The notes under the pieces are model-generated. The model was not told the origin of the DNA. It did not search any database and saw only the letters and a program-made list of their open reading frames with translations. Shown here piece by piece: positions 17,068 through 25,657 of a stretch of DNA of 64,000 nt; the first letter of the stretch is position 1, and every line of letters starts with the position of its first letter. A program made the position numbers and the translations under genes. The DNA comes from Acidimicrobiia bacterium (GTDB taxonomy: Bacteria; Actinomycetota; Acidimicrobiia; Spongiisociales; Spongiisociaceae), in assembly GCA_009838635.1 (NCBI GenBank), contig VXRE01000161.1, forward strand, positions 2,485-66,484, read 5' to 3'.

Positions 17068-18327
17068 TTGTCACAGGGCCACGTTATGTTGGTTGATATG
17101 TACGAAGCACCGACATTCCATGACGCGGACTCGATTCTGGTCGCTGAGAACAACCTCAAAGACGCCCAGCGGGAGATCGACTGCCTCCGGGGCCGCCAAC
17201 TCTCCTGGCTCAAGATGGTGATCCGGCACCGGGGGATCGTCCGGGACGGATACCGCTCCCTCATCGACTGGACAGCATCCCGCCTCGACATACCCCACAC
17301 GGTCGCCCGCGACCTCGCCTACCTGGCCCGCCGCCTGGACGATGACACCATCGATCTCATAGGACGAGGCCACCTCCCGTTCGACCGCACCGTCTCCCAG
17401 CAACGGCTCCTCCAAGCCGGAGCAAGCCCATCCGATGTGGCAGTGTCAGAGGACCTGGACCTGGCAGGGATCACCAAGCTGGCCACCAGGTTCCGCAAAC
17501 TCAGCCGGAGTGACGAACGCAGCGCCTTCGAACGCCAGTTCGTCAACCTGCGCGTGTCCGAAGACGGCACCGTATGGCACCTCTCAGGCAGGCTCACCGC
17601 CACCGATGGACAACTCGTCCGCAAAGCCCTAGACCGCCGCGCCGACCACATACCACCCATCACATCTCAACCGGATACTGAGCTGACGCCCGCTCAGAAG
17701 CAGGCCATCGGCCTCACCACCATGGCCCAAGACGACCTGGACCAATACCTCCAACCAGGAGACCCCGCCGGACGGGAACCCGTCATCATGTTGGTCAAGG
17801 ACCAGACAATGGCTGAAGAATCCGCTGACACGAGAGGCGTCGAAGTGTTCAACGGGCCTCGCGTCGGACCACAGACCGTTGAGACAGTCGAATGCGAGGG
17901 ACGCACCGAAGAAGTCACCATCCAAGATGGCCAAGTCGTCGAGATCGGAGCGGTACGACGCCAGGTCCCCAAACGGCTCCGCCGGGCCGTGCTCGCAAGG
18001 GACCGCAAATGCGTGATCGACTCATGCCAGAGCAGCTACCGGATGCAAACCCACCACGTCATCCCCCGAAGCGACGGCGGAACCAACACGGCCCACAACC
18101 TGGCCACCCTCTGCTGGTACCACCACCACATCGCCATCCACCGGCGCGGACACCAGATCGACCCGCACACGCCACCGCACCGGCGCCGGCTCCTGCCACC
18201 CCGAACCTGGCCCTACTACCGGCACCCCTCCAACGTCGAGTACCTCAGCCCCCACGAGCAGCAACAGCGTGCCTACCAGGCCTTCCTCGACAAGTACCAC
18301 CCCGACCGACCCCACCCGGGCGGATAG
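17068..18327 (+). CDS. DUF222 / HNH endonuclease (REP13E12-type)
   Basis: C-terminal HNH signature CVIDSCQSSYRMQTHHVIPRSDGGTNTAHNLATLCWYHHHIAIHRRG. N-terminal region resembles actinobacterial DUF222 proteins. Start uncertain (TTG 17068, ATG 17086 or 17098). Confidence 0.8.
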   Translation: MSQGHVMLVDMYEAPTFHDADSILVAENNLKDAQREIDCLRGRQLSWLKMVIRHRGIVRDGYRSLIDWTASRLDIPHTVARDLAYLARRLDDDTIDLIGRGHLPFDRTVSQQRLLQAGASPSDVAVSEDLDLAGITKLATRFRKLSRSDERSAFERQFVNLRVSEDGTVWHLSGRLTATDGQLVRKALDRRADHIPPITSQPDTELTPAQKQAIGLTTMAQDDLDQYLQPGDPAGREPVIMLVKDQTMAEESADTRGVEVFNGPRVGPQTVETVECEGRTEEVTIQDGQVVEIGAVRRQVPKRLRRAVLARDRKCVIDSCQSSYRMQTHHVIPRSDGGTNTAHNLATLCWYHHHIAIHRRGHQIDPHTPPHRRRLLPPRTWPYYRHPSNVEYLSPHEQQQRAYQAFLDKYHPDRPHPGG

Positions 18328-18518
18328 CCGCAGGGCCAGACACCAGCAAAGGGCGGTTTGAACCGATACGGGACGCCGCTGGGTCCTCGCGACCGCTCTT
18401 TACCAGGCATGCCATTAGATGTTCTGGAACCGCGTCACCTCTTACACCTGGACTACGTCACCTCATCGGGCGCTGGAGTGGATCAGTTCGGGTAGACGTC
18501 GTGGAGGGATGGCCCGAC

Positions 18519-18935
18519 CTACCCTTGCCTGTCTGCCGGGCGAGCCCGAATCGTGGCGATATCAATTTCCGTCAATACAGCGGTTTCTACTTGTCCCAGT
18601 TTCGCCCACCTTCTTATATCTCGGAACAGCACAGTTTGCTCCGCATGCACTTGAAACTTGTAATACGGTTCTCGCCGCAGTTTGCCGTATCCAGCGTTCA
18701 CCAGGCGCTCTGCCGGATGCAATCCTTTGATAAGTCCTACCACCACAGAGTTTCGGTAAACCGTGACAACCGTACACGGAGGAAGAACAGTCCCGTCCGA
18801 CAGTGTGAACTGCCACCGGCTGTCCGGGTGCTTCCGCAGATCGCGGCGGAGTGCCCGGCGTGCTTGGCGGTCCCGCTTTCCAGCCGCAAGAACAGCAACA
18901 AGCCTCTCAATGGCGGTTACCACACTCATGCTCAT
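18519..18935 (-). CDS. Hypothetical protein (138 aa) in the AT-richer island remnant
   Basis: Balanced amino-acid composition in an otherwise ORF-poor region of roughly 50% GC. No family recognised. Confidence 0.4.
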   Translation of the reverse strand: MSMSVVTAIERLVAVLAAGKRDRQARRALRRDLRKHPDSRWQFTLSDGTVLPPCTVVTVYRNSVVVGLIKGLHPAERLVNAGYGKLRREPYYKFQVHAEQTVLFRDIRRWAKLGQVETAVLTEIDIATIRARPADRQG

Positions 18936-19243
18936 CCCTGTCTCGTTTCAGTCCAGCGATCAACACGCAATCCCGGGCCTGGGACCGTGATGCCATCGCT
19001 CTGCGCCAGAGTACCACGAACGTATGTTCATGTCCGAGGTCCTGGATGCCTTTGATCCGAAGGGTGCTTCCGTCGGAGGGGGATGGGTAAGGGTTGGGCA
19101 CCTGACCCACATCACCCACCAAGTTGACGCCCGCAGCGCCGAGTACACCGCATCAGTTCGCCAGGAACCCTCACATCAGCCACAAACCCGACCACGCCCC
19201 TACCCGCGAACTCAACGCCCCGCAACCAGCGAAGACCTCGCCG

Positions 19244-19316
19244 CGCCCGCGGCAGGATTCGAACCTGCGACCTACCGCTTAGGAGGCGGTTGCTCTATCC
19301 CCTGAGCTACGCGGGC
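19244..19316 (-). tRNA. tRNA-Arg (anticodon CCU)
   Basis: Reverse complement folds as GCCCGCG TA GCTC AGGGGATA GAGC A ACCGC CTCCTAA GCGGT AGGTC GCAGG TTCGAAT CCTGC CGCGGGC G. No encoded CCA. Confidence 0.9.
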
Positions 19317-19431
19317 TGGATAGGTTACGGGCCGGATGAGGGCAACCGATGGTAGCGGCGCCCGTGGCCAGGCCGGCAGAGGTCCCGTTACGCCAGCCCT
19401 CGTTTATATGATTCGGTAGTACCGCTAGCGG

Positions 19432-20025
19432 ATGGAAGCAGCCATGCACCGCCACGCATCCGGGGTCGGGACCGGACTCGATCAGGCCGATGTCGCCGAC
19501 CTGCTCACGCTGGCGCGCCTGCTGAGCGCTCCGATCATGCTCTGGCTGGTGTCGAATCGCAGCCTGGACGCCGCCGTTCTGGTGGTCGTTGTCGCCTGGT
19601 GGACGGACTTCCTGGACGGCCGCCTGGCCCGCAGAGCCCATCGTGAGACCCGCTTGAAGGACTGGGACCTGCGCGCTGATGCCTGGTTGGCCAGCGCGGC
19701 GGGTCTGGGTATGGGATTGGCGGGCTATTTCTCGTGGTGGGTGGCCGTGCCCCTCGCTGCAGTGGTTCTGGTCATGTCGGTCCTGGTGTCCAATCCCGCC
19801 GCGGTCATGGTGGGCGTCGCCGCGCAGTACGGGATGTTCATCATGGCGTTGTACCTCTGGGCCGACCTTTGGTGGTTGGTCGTCCTGCATGTGATCGTCT
19901 TCCTGTTGGCGGGCTGGAGGAGGTTCTGGGATGTGGTGTGGCGGGCTTTCTGGGCGGGCCTCGCCGGCTTGCTGACGGGGCGCCGCCGGCATCGACGCTT
20001 GGTCCTTGACGACTGGGCGGAGTGA
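19432..20025 (+). CDS. CDP-alcohol phosphatidyltransferase family protein (divergent)
   Basis: DFLDGRLAR followed by DLRAD (partial D-x2-DG-x2-AR...D-x3-D motif; the canonical G is not matched). Multi-TM. Confidence 0.55.
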   Translation: MEAAMHRHASGVGTGLDQADVADLLTLARLLSAPIMLWLVSNRSLDAAVLVVVVAWWTDFLDGRLARRAHRETRLKDWDLRADAWLASAAGLGMGLAGYFSWWVAVPLAAVVLVMSVLVSNPAAVMVGVAAQYGMFIMALYLWADLWWLVVLHVIVFLLAGWRRFWDVVWRAFWAGLAGLLTGRRRHRRLVLDDWAE

Positions 20026-20100
20026 GGATCCCCGGCGAGCGGAGGGAAGGCCCGGAATCGTGATAGTCTCGAATCCGCTCCCCCCAGGAGCTCCCGCTCC

Positions 20101-20613
20101 GTGCCATTTACCGACCGATATGGAGGAGACCCCATGACCGACGACCGCACGGAAACCGACGCTCCGGCATCGGCCGGCGGCCTCATGGTGGTGGAGACCT
20201 CCACCGAAGATGAAGACACTCCGGACCGGATCGAGGAGCCCGCCAAGCTACTCCGGATCGCGTCCATGACCCGCTCCATGCTGGAGGAGGTCAGGACCGC
20301 CACGCTCGATGAAGAAGGGCGAGCGCGGTTGAAGGCGGTCTTCGACGCCACTCTGGAGCAGCTCCACACGGTGCTGACCGATGATCTACGGGAGGAATTG
20401 TCCGAGGTGTTCGTCCCTCTGGACGAAGGAGTTCCGACCCAGGCGGAGATCCGGGTGGCCCAGGCCCAGCTGATCGGCTGGTTGGAGGGCCTGTTCAACG
20501 GTATCCAGGCGGCCATCATGACCCAGCAGATGGCCGCTCGCGCCCAACTGAAGCAGATCAGGGGCGGCCCCCCACCCGACGAGGACCACGGCGGAGGCGG
20601 CCTCTATCTGTAG
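20101..20613 (+). CDS. bpa: Bacterial proteasome activator (Bpa/PafE family)
   Basis: EEPAKLLRIASMTRSMLEEVR, EIRVAQAQLIGWLEGLFNGIQAAIMTQQ, Gly-rich tail ending GGGLYL (canonical family ending is GQYL). Start could also be ATG at 20134. Confidence 0.8.
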   Translation: MPFTDRYGGDPMTDDRTETDAPASAGGLMVVETSTEDEDTPDRIEEPAKLLRIASMTRSMLEEVRTATLDEEGRARLKAVFDATLEQLHTVLTDDLREELSEVFVPLDEGVPTQAEIRVAQAQLIGWLEGLFNGIQAAIMTQQMAARAQLKQIRGGPPPDEDHGGGGLYL

Positions 20614-20619
20614 CCGTAC

Positions 20620-21354
20620 GTGACCCTGGAGCTGGTCCTACTCCTGGTGGCAGGGTTCGCCACCGGCTTCATCAACGCGGTGGCCGGTGGGGGATCGGCC
20701 CTGACCATCCCTCTGCTCACGCTCATGTCCGACGCCAACATCGCCAACGGCACCAACCGGGTGCCCGTCCTGTTCGCCAACCTGGCCGGCATCGCCGCGT
20801 ACCAGCGGGGCGACTCGGTCCCCTGGAGCCGGATATCGGTGCTGATACCGCCGGTGCTGGCCGGCGCCGGCCTGGGAGCCTGGATCGCCACTCTGATCCC
20901 GCCGGACGGGATGCAGCGGGTCTTCGCGGTGGTGTTGCTGCTGGTGGCCGTCTCGGCGGTGGTCAACACCAAGCAGTGGCTGGAGGAGGCGCCGTCCCGG
21001 CTGGGCCCCGTCGGCCGGACCGTGGCCTTCTTCTTCATCGGCTTCTACGGCGGGTTCGTCCAGATCGGGGTGGGGATACTCCTGCTGACGGCCCTGGTGC
21101 TCGGCTCCGGGTTCAGCATGCTCAGGGGCAACGGCGCCAAGGTCGTCATAATCGCCGCCTACTCGCTGATCACCTTGCCGTTCTACTTCTGGGCCGGACA
21201 CGTGAACCTGTGGCTAGGGGTGATCCTGGCCTTCGGCTTCTCGTCGGGCGCCTACCTGGCGGCGAGGCTGGCGGTGCACAAGGGGTCGGCCTGGGCACGG
21301 TGGGTGCTGGTGGTCGCGGCGGTGGGGGCGGCTATCAGGATGATGTTCTGGTGA
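20620..21354 (+). CDS. Sulfite exporter TauE/SafE family protein
   Basis: Hydrophobic protein of about 8 TM with the duplicated GGGS..TIPLL-type pattern of TauE/SafE. Confidence 0.75.
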   Translation: MTLELVLLLVAGFATGFINAVAGGGSALTIPLLTLMSDANIANGTNRVPVLFANLAGIAAYQRGDSVPWSRISVLIPPVLAGAGLGAWIATLIPPDGMQRVFAVVLLLVAVSAVVNTKQWLEEAPSRLGPVGRTVAFFFIGFYGGFVQIGVGILLLTALVLGSGFSMLRGNGAKVVIIAAYSLITLPFYFWAGHVNLWLGVILAFGFSSGAYLAARLAVHKGSAWARWVLVVAAVGAAIRMMFW

Positions 21355-21387
21355 CCGGAACTTCCGGGCCACCACAAAGACCGGTTA

Positions 21388-21609
21388 TTACTTGTATCGC
21401 CAGACGATACGTCCGCGGCTGGGGTCGTAGGCGGATAGCTCGACGTCGACTCGGTCGCCCGGGAGGATACGGATGAACCGCCCCCGTCTCATCTTGCCGG
21501 AGGCTCGGGCAAGCACCTCGAGGCCACCGTCGATCTTCACGTTGAACATGGCGTTGGGCAGGGTCTCGACAACGCTGCCCTGAACCCGCAGCACGTCATC
21601 CTTGGGCAA
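21388..21609 (-). CDS. infA: Translation initiation factor IF-1
   Basis: ..[69 protein letters not shown] start at 21609 with GAGAGGA upstream gives the canonical 73 aa. The track's 95-aa version is an over-extension. Confidence 0.85.
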   Translation of the reverse strand: MPKDDVLRVQGSVVETLPNAMFNVKIDGGLEVLARASGKMRRGRFIRILPGDRVDVELSAYDPSRGRIVWRYK

Positions 21610-21726
21610 GAAGGGTCCTCTCTGTAGCGGAAATGTGGCCGGGCTCCGGGCGGTGCTGAGGCCCTGACCGGCCAAGGCTAATGCATGGCGGGCGCTGCCG
21701 GAGGGCCTGGTTAGCCGGATGTTTCA

Positions 21727-23157
21727 TCATCCGGGTCCGGAATCCGGCCGAGCCCGGCGGCCCCGCTCGGCCAGCACGGCCCGGGCGCGGGCGATGTCGC
21801 CCGGACAAGTTCGGGACGCCATCCAGTAGCACAGGCCCGTCGGTATGAAGAAGACCTGGAATAGGGCCAGGCCGATGGCGTAGTTCAATGGCGCCGCGAA
21901 GCTGGCGGCGAGCGCCGTGGCCACCGGAACCGTGAGTCCGTTCCCGGCTGCCCGCGACACCCCGTTGGACAGGTTGGCGATCCCGAACATGGTCCCCCGA
22001 TGCTCGGGCAGGTTCACGTCGGAGATCAGGGCGAACCAGTTGGGGGAGTCGGCCGAGCTGAGGACGACCGCCACCAGGATCAGCAGGAAGGCGCTCGCCG
22101 CGTACGGGTTGGTGACAACGCTGCGGAGAGTGGCCAGGACGATTGCCATACTTCCCTGGTCCGTGGGGATTTCGAGGCCGCGCAACGGGATGAAGAAGAA
22201 CGCCACGAAGAAGGGGATGGCGCCCAGGATGCCGGCTGCTGAGATGGCGGCTCGGGCCCGGGCGGTCCTGCGCTGGAGGCGGTCGCCCAGATGCCCCGCC
22301 AGGATGGAGGCAATCCCACCCAGCTGGAATATGGCGCCGAAGACAGCTCCTACCGCCGTAGCGGTGGCAAGGTCGTACCCGTCAGCCTCGACCTTGCCCT
22401 GGTACAGGAGGGGCACCCAGACCAACGATCCGTACGCCAATTGGGCGGTCAGGCCCTGGAGAACCAGCCACGGGTTGGTGCGGATCTTCCAGAGCTTCCT
22501 CATGTCGGATCGCTCGATGCGGTAGTCGTAGGTTCCTCCGGCGGCCAGCGCCTCGGCCAGCTCCGGCTCCGCCCGGCCCCGGTGTGCTTCGGCCGTGGTC
22601 AGGTACAAGAGGGCTACCGCGGCGCCGACCAGTGCCAAGCCGATGAACGGGCGTCTCCAATCGGACGCGCCCAGGACGCCGCCCACCAGGATGCCCAGGA
22701 AGCCGCCCGCACCCTGGGAGAGCCCCCAGAAGCTCATCGCCAGACCTCGACGCCGTGGGGGGATGAAGTCGGAGATCACCGAGAACCCCACGGAGGCTAT
22801 GGCGCCCAGGCCGGCACCGACCAGGACCGACCACAGCGCCAGCTCGGCGAGGGATCCCGATCTCGCCGCCAGCAGCAAGCCACCGCTCCATGCCAGCGTG
22901 GCCCAGAAGAGTAGGGGCTTGCGTCGTGACCGATCGCCTATGTATCCCCAGCCCACCGCGGTCAGAGCGGTTACGAGGATGATCAGGGCGGTGACCGCCG
23001 CCACGCCGGCCTGGCTCTCTCCGAGGTCGGCGGCTATTACGTTCGTGAGTACCGGATAGAGCGCGATTGCAGCGTTGTCCAGTGACGCCAGGACCACGAA
23101 GATCGTTATCGTGTAGACGACACGAGCCTTGTCGTGAGCCTTAAAGAGCCTGGTCAT
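21727..23157 (-). CDS. MFS transporter
   Basis: 12-14 TM pattern with typical MFS loops (GDRSRRKPLL, PPRRRGLAMSFWG). ATG at 23157 (MTRLFKAHDK..) is preferred over 23217. Confidence 0.8.
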   Translation of the reverse strand: MTRLFKAHDKARVVYTITIFVVLASLDNAAIALYPVLTNVIAADLGESQAGVAAVTALIILVTALTAVGWGYIGDRSRRKPLLFWATLAWSGGLLLAARSGSLAELALWSVLVGAGLGAIASVGFSVISDFIPPRRRGLAMSFWGLSQGAGGFLGILVGGVLGASDWRRPFIGLALVGAAVALLYLTTAEAHRGRAEPELAEALAAGGTYDYRIERSDMRKLWKIRTNPWLVLQGLTAQLAYGSLVWVPLLYQGKVEADGYDLATATAVGAVFGAIFQLGGIASILAGHLGDRLQRRTARARAAISAAGILGAIPFFVAFFFIPLRGLEIPTDQGSMAIVLATLRSVVTNPYAASAFLLILVAVVLSSADSPNWFALISDVNLPEHRGTMFGIANLSNGVSRAAGNGLTVPVATALAASFAAPLNYAIGLALFQVFFIPTGLCYWMASRTCPGDIARARAVLAERGRRARPDSGPG

Positions 23158-23314
23158 TCGTACATTTCCGGTATGGTCGCGCTCCTTGGCGTGCCTCTTC
23201 GAGCCTATTGTTGGCAATAGTCATAGAATTACGCTAAACTATCCTAGTTACCCACGAGAGGCGGGCTTTGGCCGAGGGGTCAGAGGCTTCTCCGGGTAGC
23301 CACAGGTAACCGTC

Positions 23315-23539
23315 ATGGTATCCGACCAAGGAAGCGGGCTGATGCAAAGCGAAGACAAGATTCTCGGCGCCAATGAGGTGGCCGACCTTCTGGGCATGGA
23401 CGTCCAGATGATCCGGAAGTACGCGAGGGAAGGCCGCCTTCCCGCGTATCGTCTTCCGGGAGGTAGAACCTTCAAGTTCTTCCGTAGCGAGGTGCTGGAC
23501 TTCGTCCGGGCTCATCCGGCGAGCACCGAAGGCAGCTGA
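23315..23539 (+). CDS. Helix-turn-helix DNA-binding protein, excisionase/MerR-like (HTH_17)
   Basis: ILGANEVADLLGMDVQMIRKYAREGRLPAYRLPGGRTFKFFRSEVLDFV is the classic excisionase-family HTH pattern. True start may be the internal ATG at 23342. Confidence 0.7.
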   Translation: MVSDQGSGLMQSEDKILGANEVADLLGMDVQMIRKYAREGRLPAYRLPGGRTFKFFRSEVLDFVRAHPASTEGS

Positions 23540-23583
23540 TAACGCTCGTTAGTGGATAGGCCAGGCAGTGATCGTGTCCTGGC

Positions 23584-24219
23584 CTATCGACCATCCTGGC
23601 AAGCGGAGTCCGGGTCCTCCACGCTGCGGTCCGTCCGGATCAGGCGCCGGTACTCGTGCTCGAGGAGGCCCCAGACCGAGTGGTCCATCCAGCGACCGCC
23701 CACTTGGATCTCCTCTCGCAGCACCCCTTCGCGCACGAACCCGAGTTTCGTAGCAACCCTCTCGCTCGCCTTGTTGGCCACCGCTACGCGGAGCACCATA
23801 CGGTGCATGGACAGTTCTTCGAACCCGATCCGGAGGGCCGCGCGGGTGGCCTCGGTGGCGATGCCCCGTCCCGTGTCCTCCGTTCTGATCCAGTAACCGA
23901 TCTCGCCGGATCGCGAGCTGCGGGAGACATGCCAGATGCTGATGTTGCCTACGTGGCGATCGGGCCTGTCGCGGAGCCGGATCGAGAAGTCGTAGGCCTT
24001 ACCCTCGCGCCATGAGCGCATGCTCTCCCGGACGAAGCCGGCCGCTCCAGCCCTCGTAAATGTCTTGGTGGCCCAGGGTAGGAATTCGGCCAACTCCGTC
24101 TGGGAGTCGCGTACCGCGGCGTACAGGGCTTCGATGTCACGCCGCCTGAATGGCCGGAGCATCAAACGCTGCGTGTAGTGCTCGAGCGGGGGTAACACGT
24201 CTCGGGAAGGGATTCGCAT
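23584..24219 (-). CDS. GNAT family N-acetyltransferase (RimJ/RimL-like)
   Basis: LMLRPFRRRDIEALY..., GEIGYWIRTEDTGRGIATEATRAAL..., HRMVLRVAVANKASERVATKLGFVREGVLRE. The N-terminal 179 aa of the track ORF is antisense to the Nudix gene and was rejected. Confidence 0.8.
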   Translation of the reverse strand: MRIPSRDVLPPLEHYTQRLMLRPFRRRDIEALYAAVRDSQTELAEFLPWATKTFTRAGAAGFVRESMRSWREGKAYDFSIRLRDRPDRHVGNISIWHVSRSSRSGEIGYWIRTEDTGRGIATEATRAALRIGFEELSMHRMVLRVAVANKASERVATKLGFVREGVLREEIQVGGRWMDHSVWGLLEHEYRRLIRTDRSVEDPDSACQDGR

Positions 24220-24309
24220 GGCAATCGCGAGCCTATCCGGTATAGGGGGCCCAGGCCACCACTCCAATCCCTTTGCCCGGGCTCCTGGTCGCCCTTCTAG
24301 CATCTCCTG

Positions 24310-24849
24310 ATGGACCATCCCTGGAATCCCGCCCGCCTGCTGCCCGAGCCGCCGACCGGTAACGGAGCCCAGCAGGCGGCGGTGCTGGCCCCTCTGTACG
24401 AGGACGGCGACGATCTCAGACTGGTCCTGATACGTCGTCCACTCCACATGCCCACGCACGGCGGTGACATCGCCTTCCCGGGCGGCAAGCCGCAACCGGG
24501 GGAGAGGCCGCTCGACACCGCCCTTCGCGAAGCCCGCGAGGAGGTCGGTATCGAGCCCGCCACGGTGGAGGTGCTCGGCTACCTGCCTGCCATCCACACC
24601 GTGAGCTACCCGCTCCTGGTCGTGCCCGTGGTTGGATGGCTTTCCGGAGTCCCCAGGCTGTGTGCCGACGCGAACGAGGTGGATCGGATACACACTCCGA
24701 CCGTGGACTCCCTTCTCGACGAGACCCGCTGGCGCAGCAAGTCCTGGAAGGGCCACCAGGTGTTCGTGTTCGACCTGGATGGCGACACCCTATGGGGTGC
24801 GACCGCTCGGATGGTGCGGCGGCTGATCGGCCTGGAGCCGTACTGGTAG
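24310..24849 (+). CDS. NUDIX hydrolase (CoA pyrophosphatase-like)
   Basis: Nudix box GGKPQPGERPLDTALREAREEVGI. Confidence 0.8.
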   Translation: MDHPWNPARLLPEPPTGNGAQQAAVLAPLYEDGDDLRLVLIRRPLHMPTHGGDIAFPGGKPQPGERPLDTALREAREEVGIEPATVEVLGYLPAIHTVSYPLLVVPVVGWLSGVPRLCADANEVDRIHTPTVDSLLDETRWRSKSWKGHQVFVFDLDGDTLWGATARMVRRLIGLEPYW

Positions 24850-24862
24850 GGGAGCTGCTCGG

Positions 24863-25657
24863 TTAGGCGCGACCGGCGGCCGGCCGGCCGGTAACTAGTT
24901 CGAGGACGGCATCGTGGAGATCGCCGTTGGTCGCCAGGCCGGTTCCGGATCGGAACGATGGATGTCCGGACAGGTCTGTGAACCTGCCACCGGCCTCCGG
25001 GAGGATCACCGCCATCGGCGCCACGTCCCACGGACTCACGATCGGGTCGAGCATGGCGTCCACCCGGCCCGAAGCCACCAGGCTGTAACCGTAGGCGTCG
25101 CCCCATCCCCGCAGGATCATCGGCCCGGCGTGGAGGCGTTCGGCCATGTCCTGGGGAAGGAGGTCGAAGCCGCTGGTGCACATCACGGCGCCATCCAGAT
25201 CGGATCGGCGGCGCACCGATACGGCGCGTTCGTTCAGGTAACAGCCCCGGCCCCGGCCGGCCGCGACGGTCTCGCCGAGCGCGGGGAGGTCTATGACGCC
25301 CACCGCCGCGCCGTGCTCGTCCTCGAGTGCGAGCAGCGTCGCGAAGAGCGGCACGCGCCGGATGAAGGACTGGGTGCCGTCGATGGGGTCGATGAACCAG
25401 GTGCGTCCGGATGACCCGGCGGTGTCGTCGAACTCTTCCCCCACGATGCCGTCTTCGGGGAAGCGCTGGGAGAGTTCGGTGCGGAGGAACTGCTCCGCCG
25501 CCCGGTCCGCCTCCGTGACGGGGCTCCCATCCCCCTTCACCATCACCTCCGTGGATCCGTCATACCAGCGCAGGGTGAGCTGTCCCGCCTGGCGGGCCAG
25601 GTGGACGGCCTGGCTGAGCAGCGACTCCTCGACCTGAGGTCCGCCGGGGCGGCTCAT
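24863..25657 (-). CDS. Inositol monophosphatase family protein (possibly histidinol-phosphatase HisN-like)
   Basis: SPVTEADRAAE, WFIDPIDGTQSF, WDVAPMAVILPEAGG motifs. ATG at 25657 overlaps the cimA stop (ATGA). Confidence 0.8.
   Translation of the reverse strand: MSRPGGPQVEESLLSQAVHLARQAGQLTLRWYDGSTEVMVKGDGSPVTEADRAAEQFLRTELSQRFPEDGIVGEEFDDTAGSSGRTWFIDPIDGTQSFIRRVPLFATLLALEDEHGAAVGVIDLPALGETVAAGRGRGCYLNERAVSVRRRSDLDGAVMCTSGFDLLPQDMAERLHAGPMILRGWGDAYGYSLVASGRVDAMLDPIVSPWDVAPMAVILPEAGGRFTDLSGHPSFRSGTGLATNGDLHDAVLELVTGRPAAGRA

Larger units (their letters stand above)
6447..19243. mobile_element. Putative genomic island adjacent to the 3' end of tRNA-Arg(CCU); no integrase or att repeats identified
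   Basis: Hand GC counts on individual 60-nt lines give 53-60% inside (6901, 9061, 12421, 15121) versus 63-73% outside (20701, 30541). The block starts after the last core-like gene and ends at the tRNA 3' end. Cargo is conflict-type genes (GHKL giant, SNF2, HNH). Confidence 0.5.

Noticed and set aside
18907-19122. Possible tyrosine-integrase C-terminal remnant next to tRNA-Arg (minus-frame ..LRIKGIQDLGHEHTFVV.. vaguely like ..IQELLGHSS..T..Y)
   Set aside because: The similarity is limited to a few residues. There is no R..H..R..Y catalytic context and the surrounding frame is poor. It cannot be supported without a profile search.
23584-24756. 390-aa version of the GNAT ORF, plus the over-extended N-termini of the IMPase (to 26083), cimA (to 27300), OYE (to 33776), peroxiredoxin (to 53355), DUF2342 (to 54440), moaE (from 54407), infA (to 21675) and livG (from 85) ORFs
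   Set aside because: The homology-like sequence starts at internal start codons with good RBS or ATGA coupling. The extensions overlap neighbouring genes or are compositionally junk.
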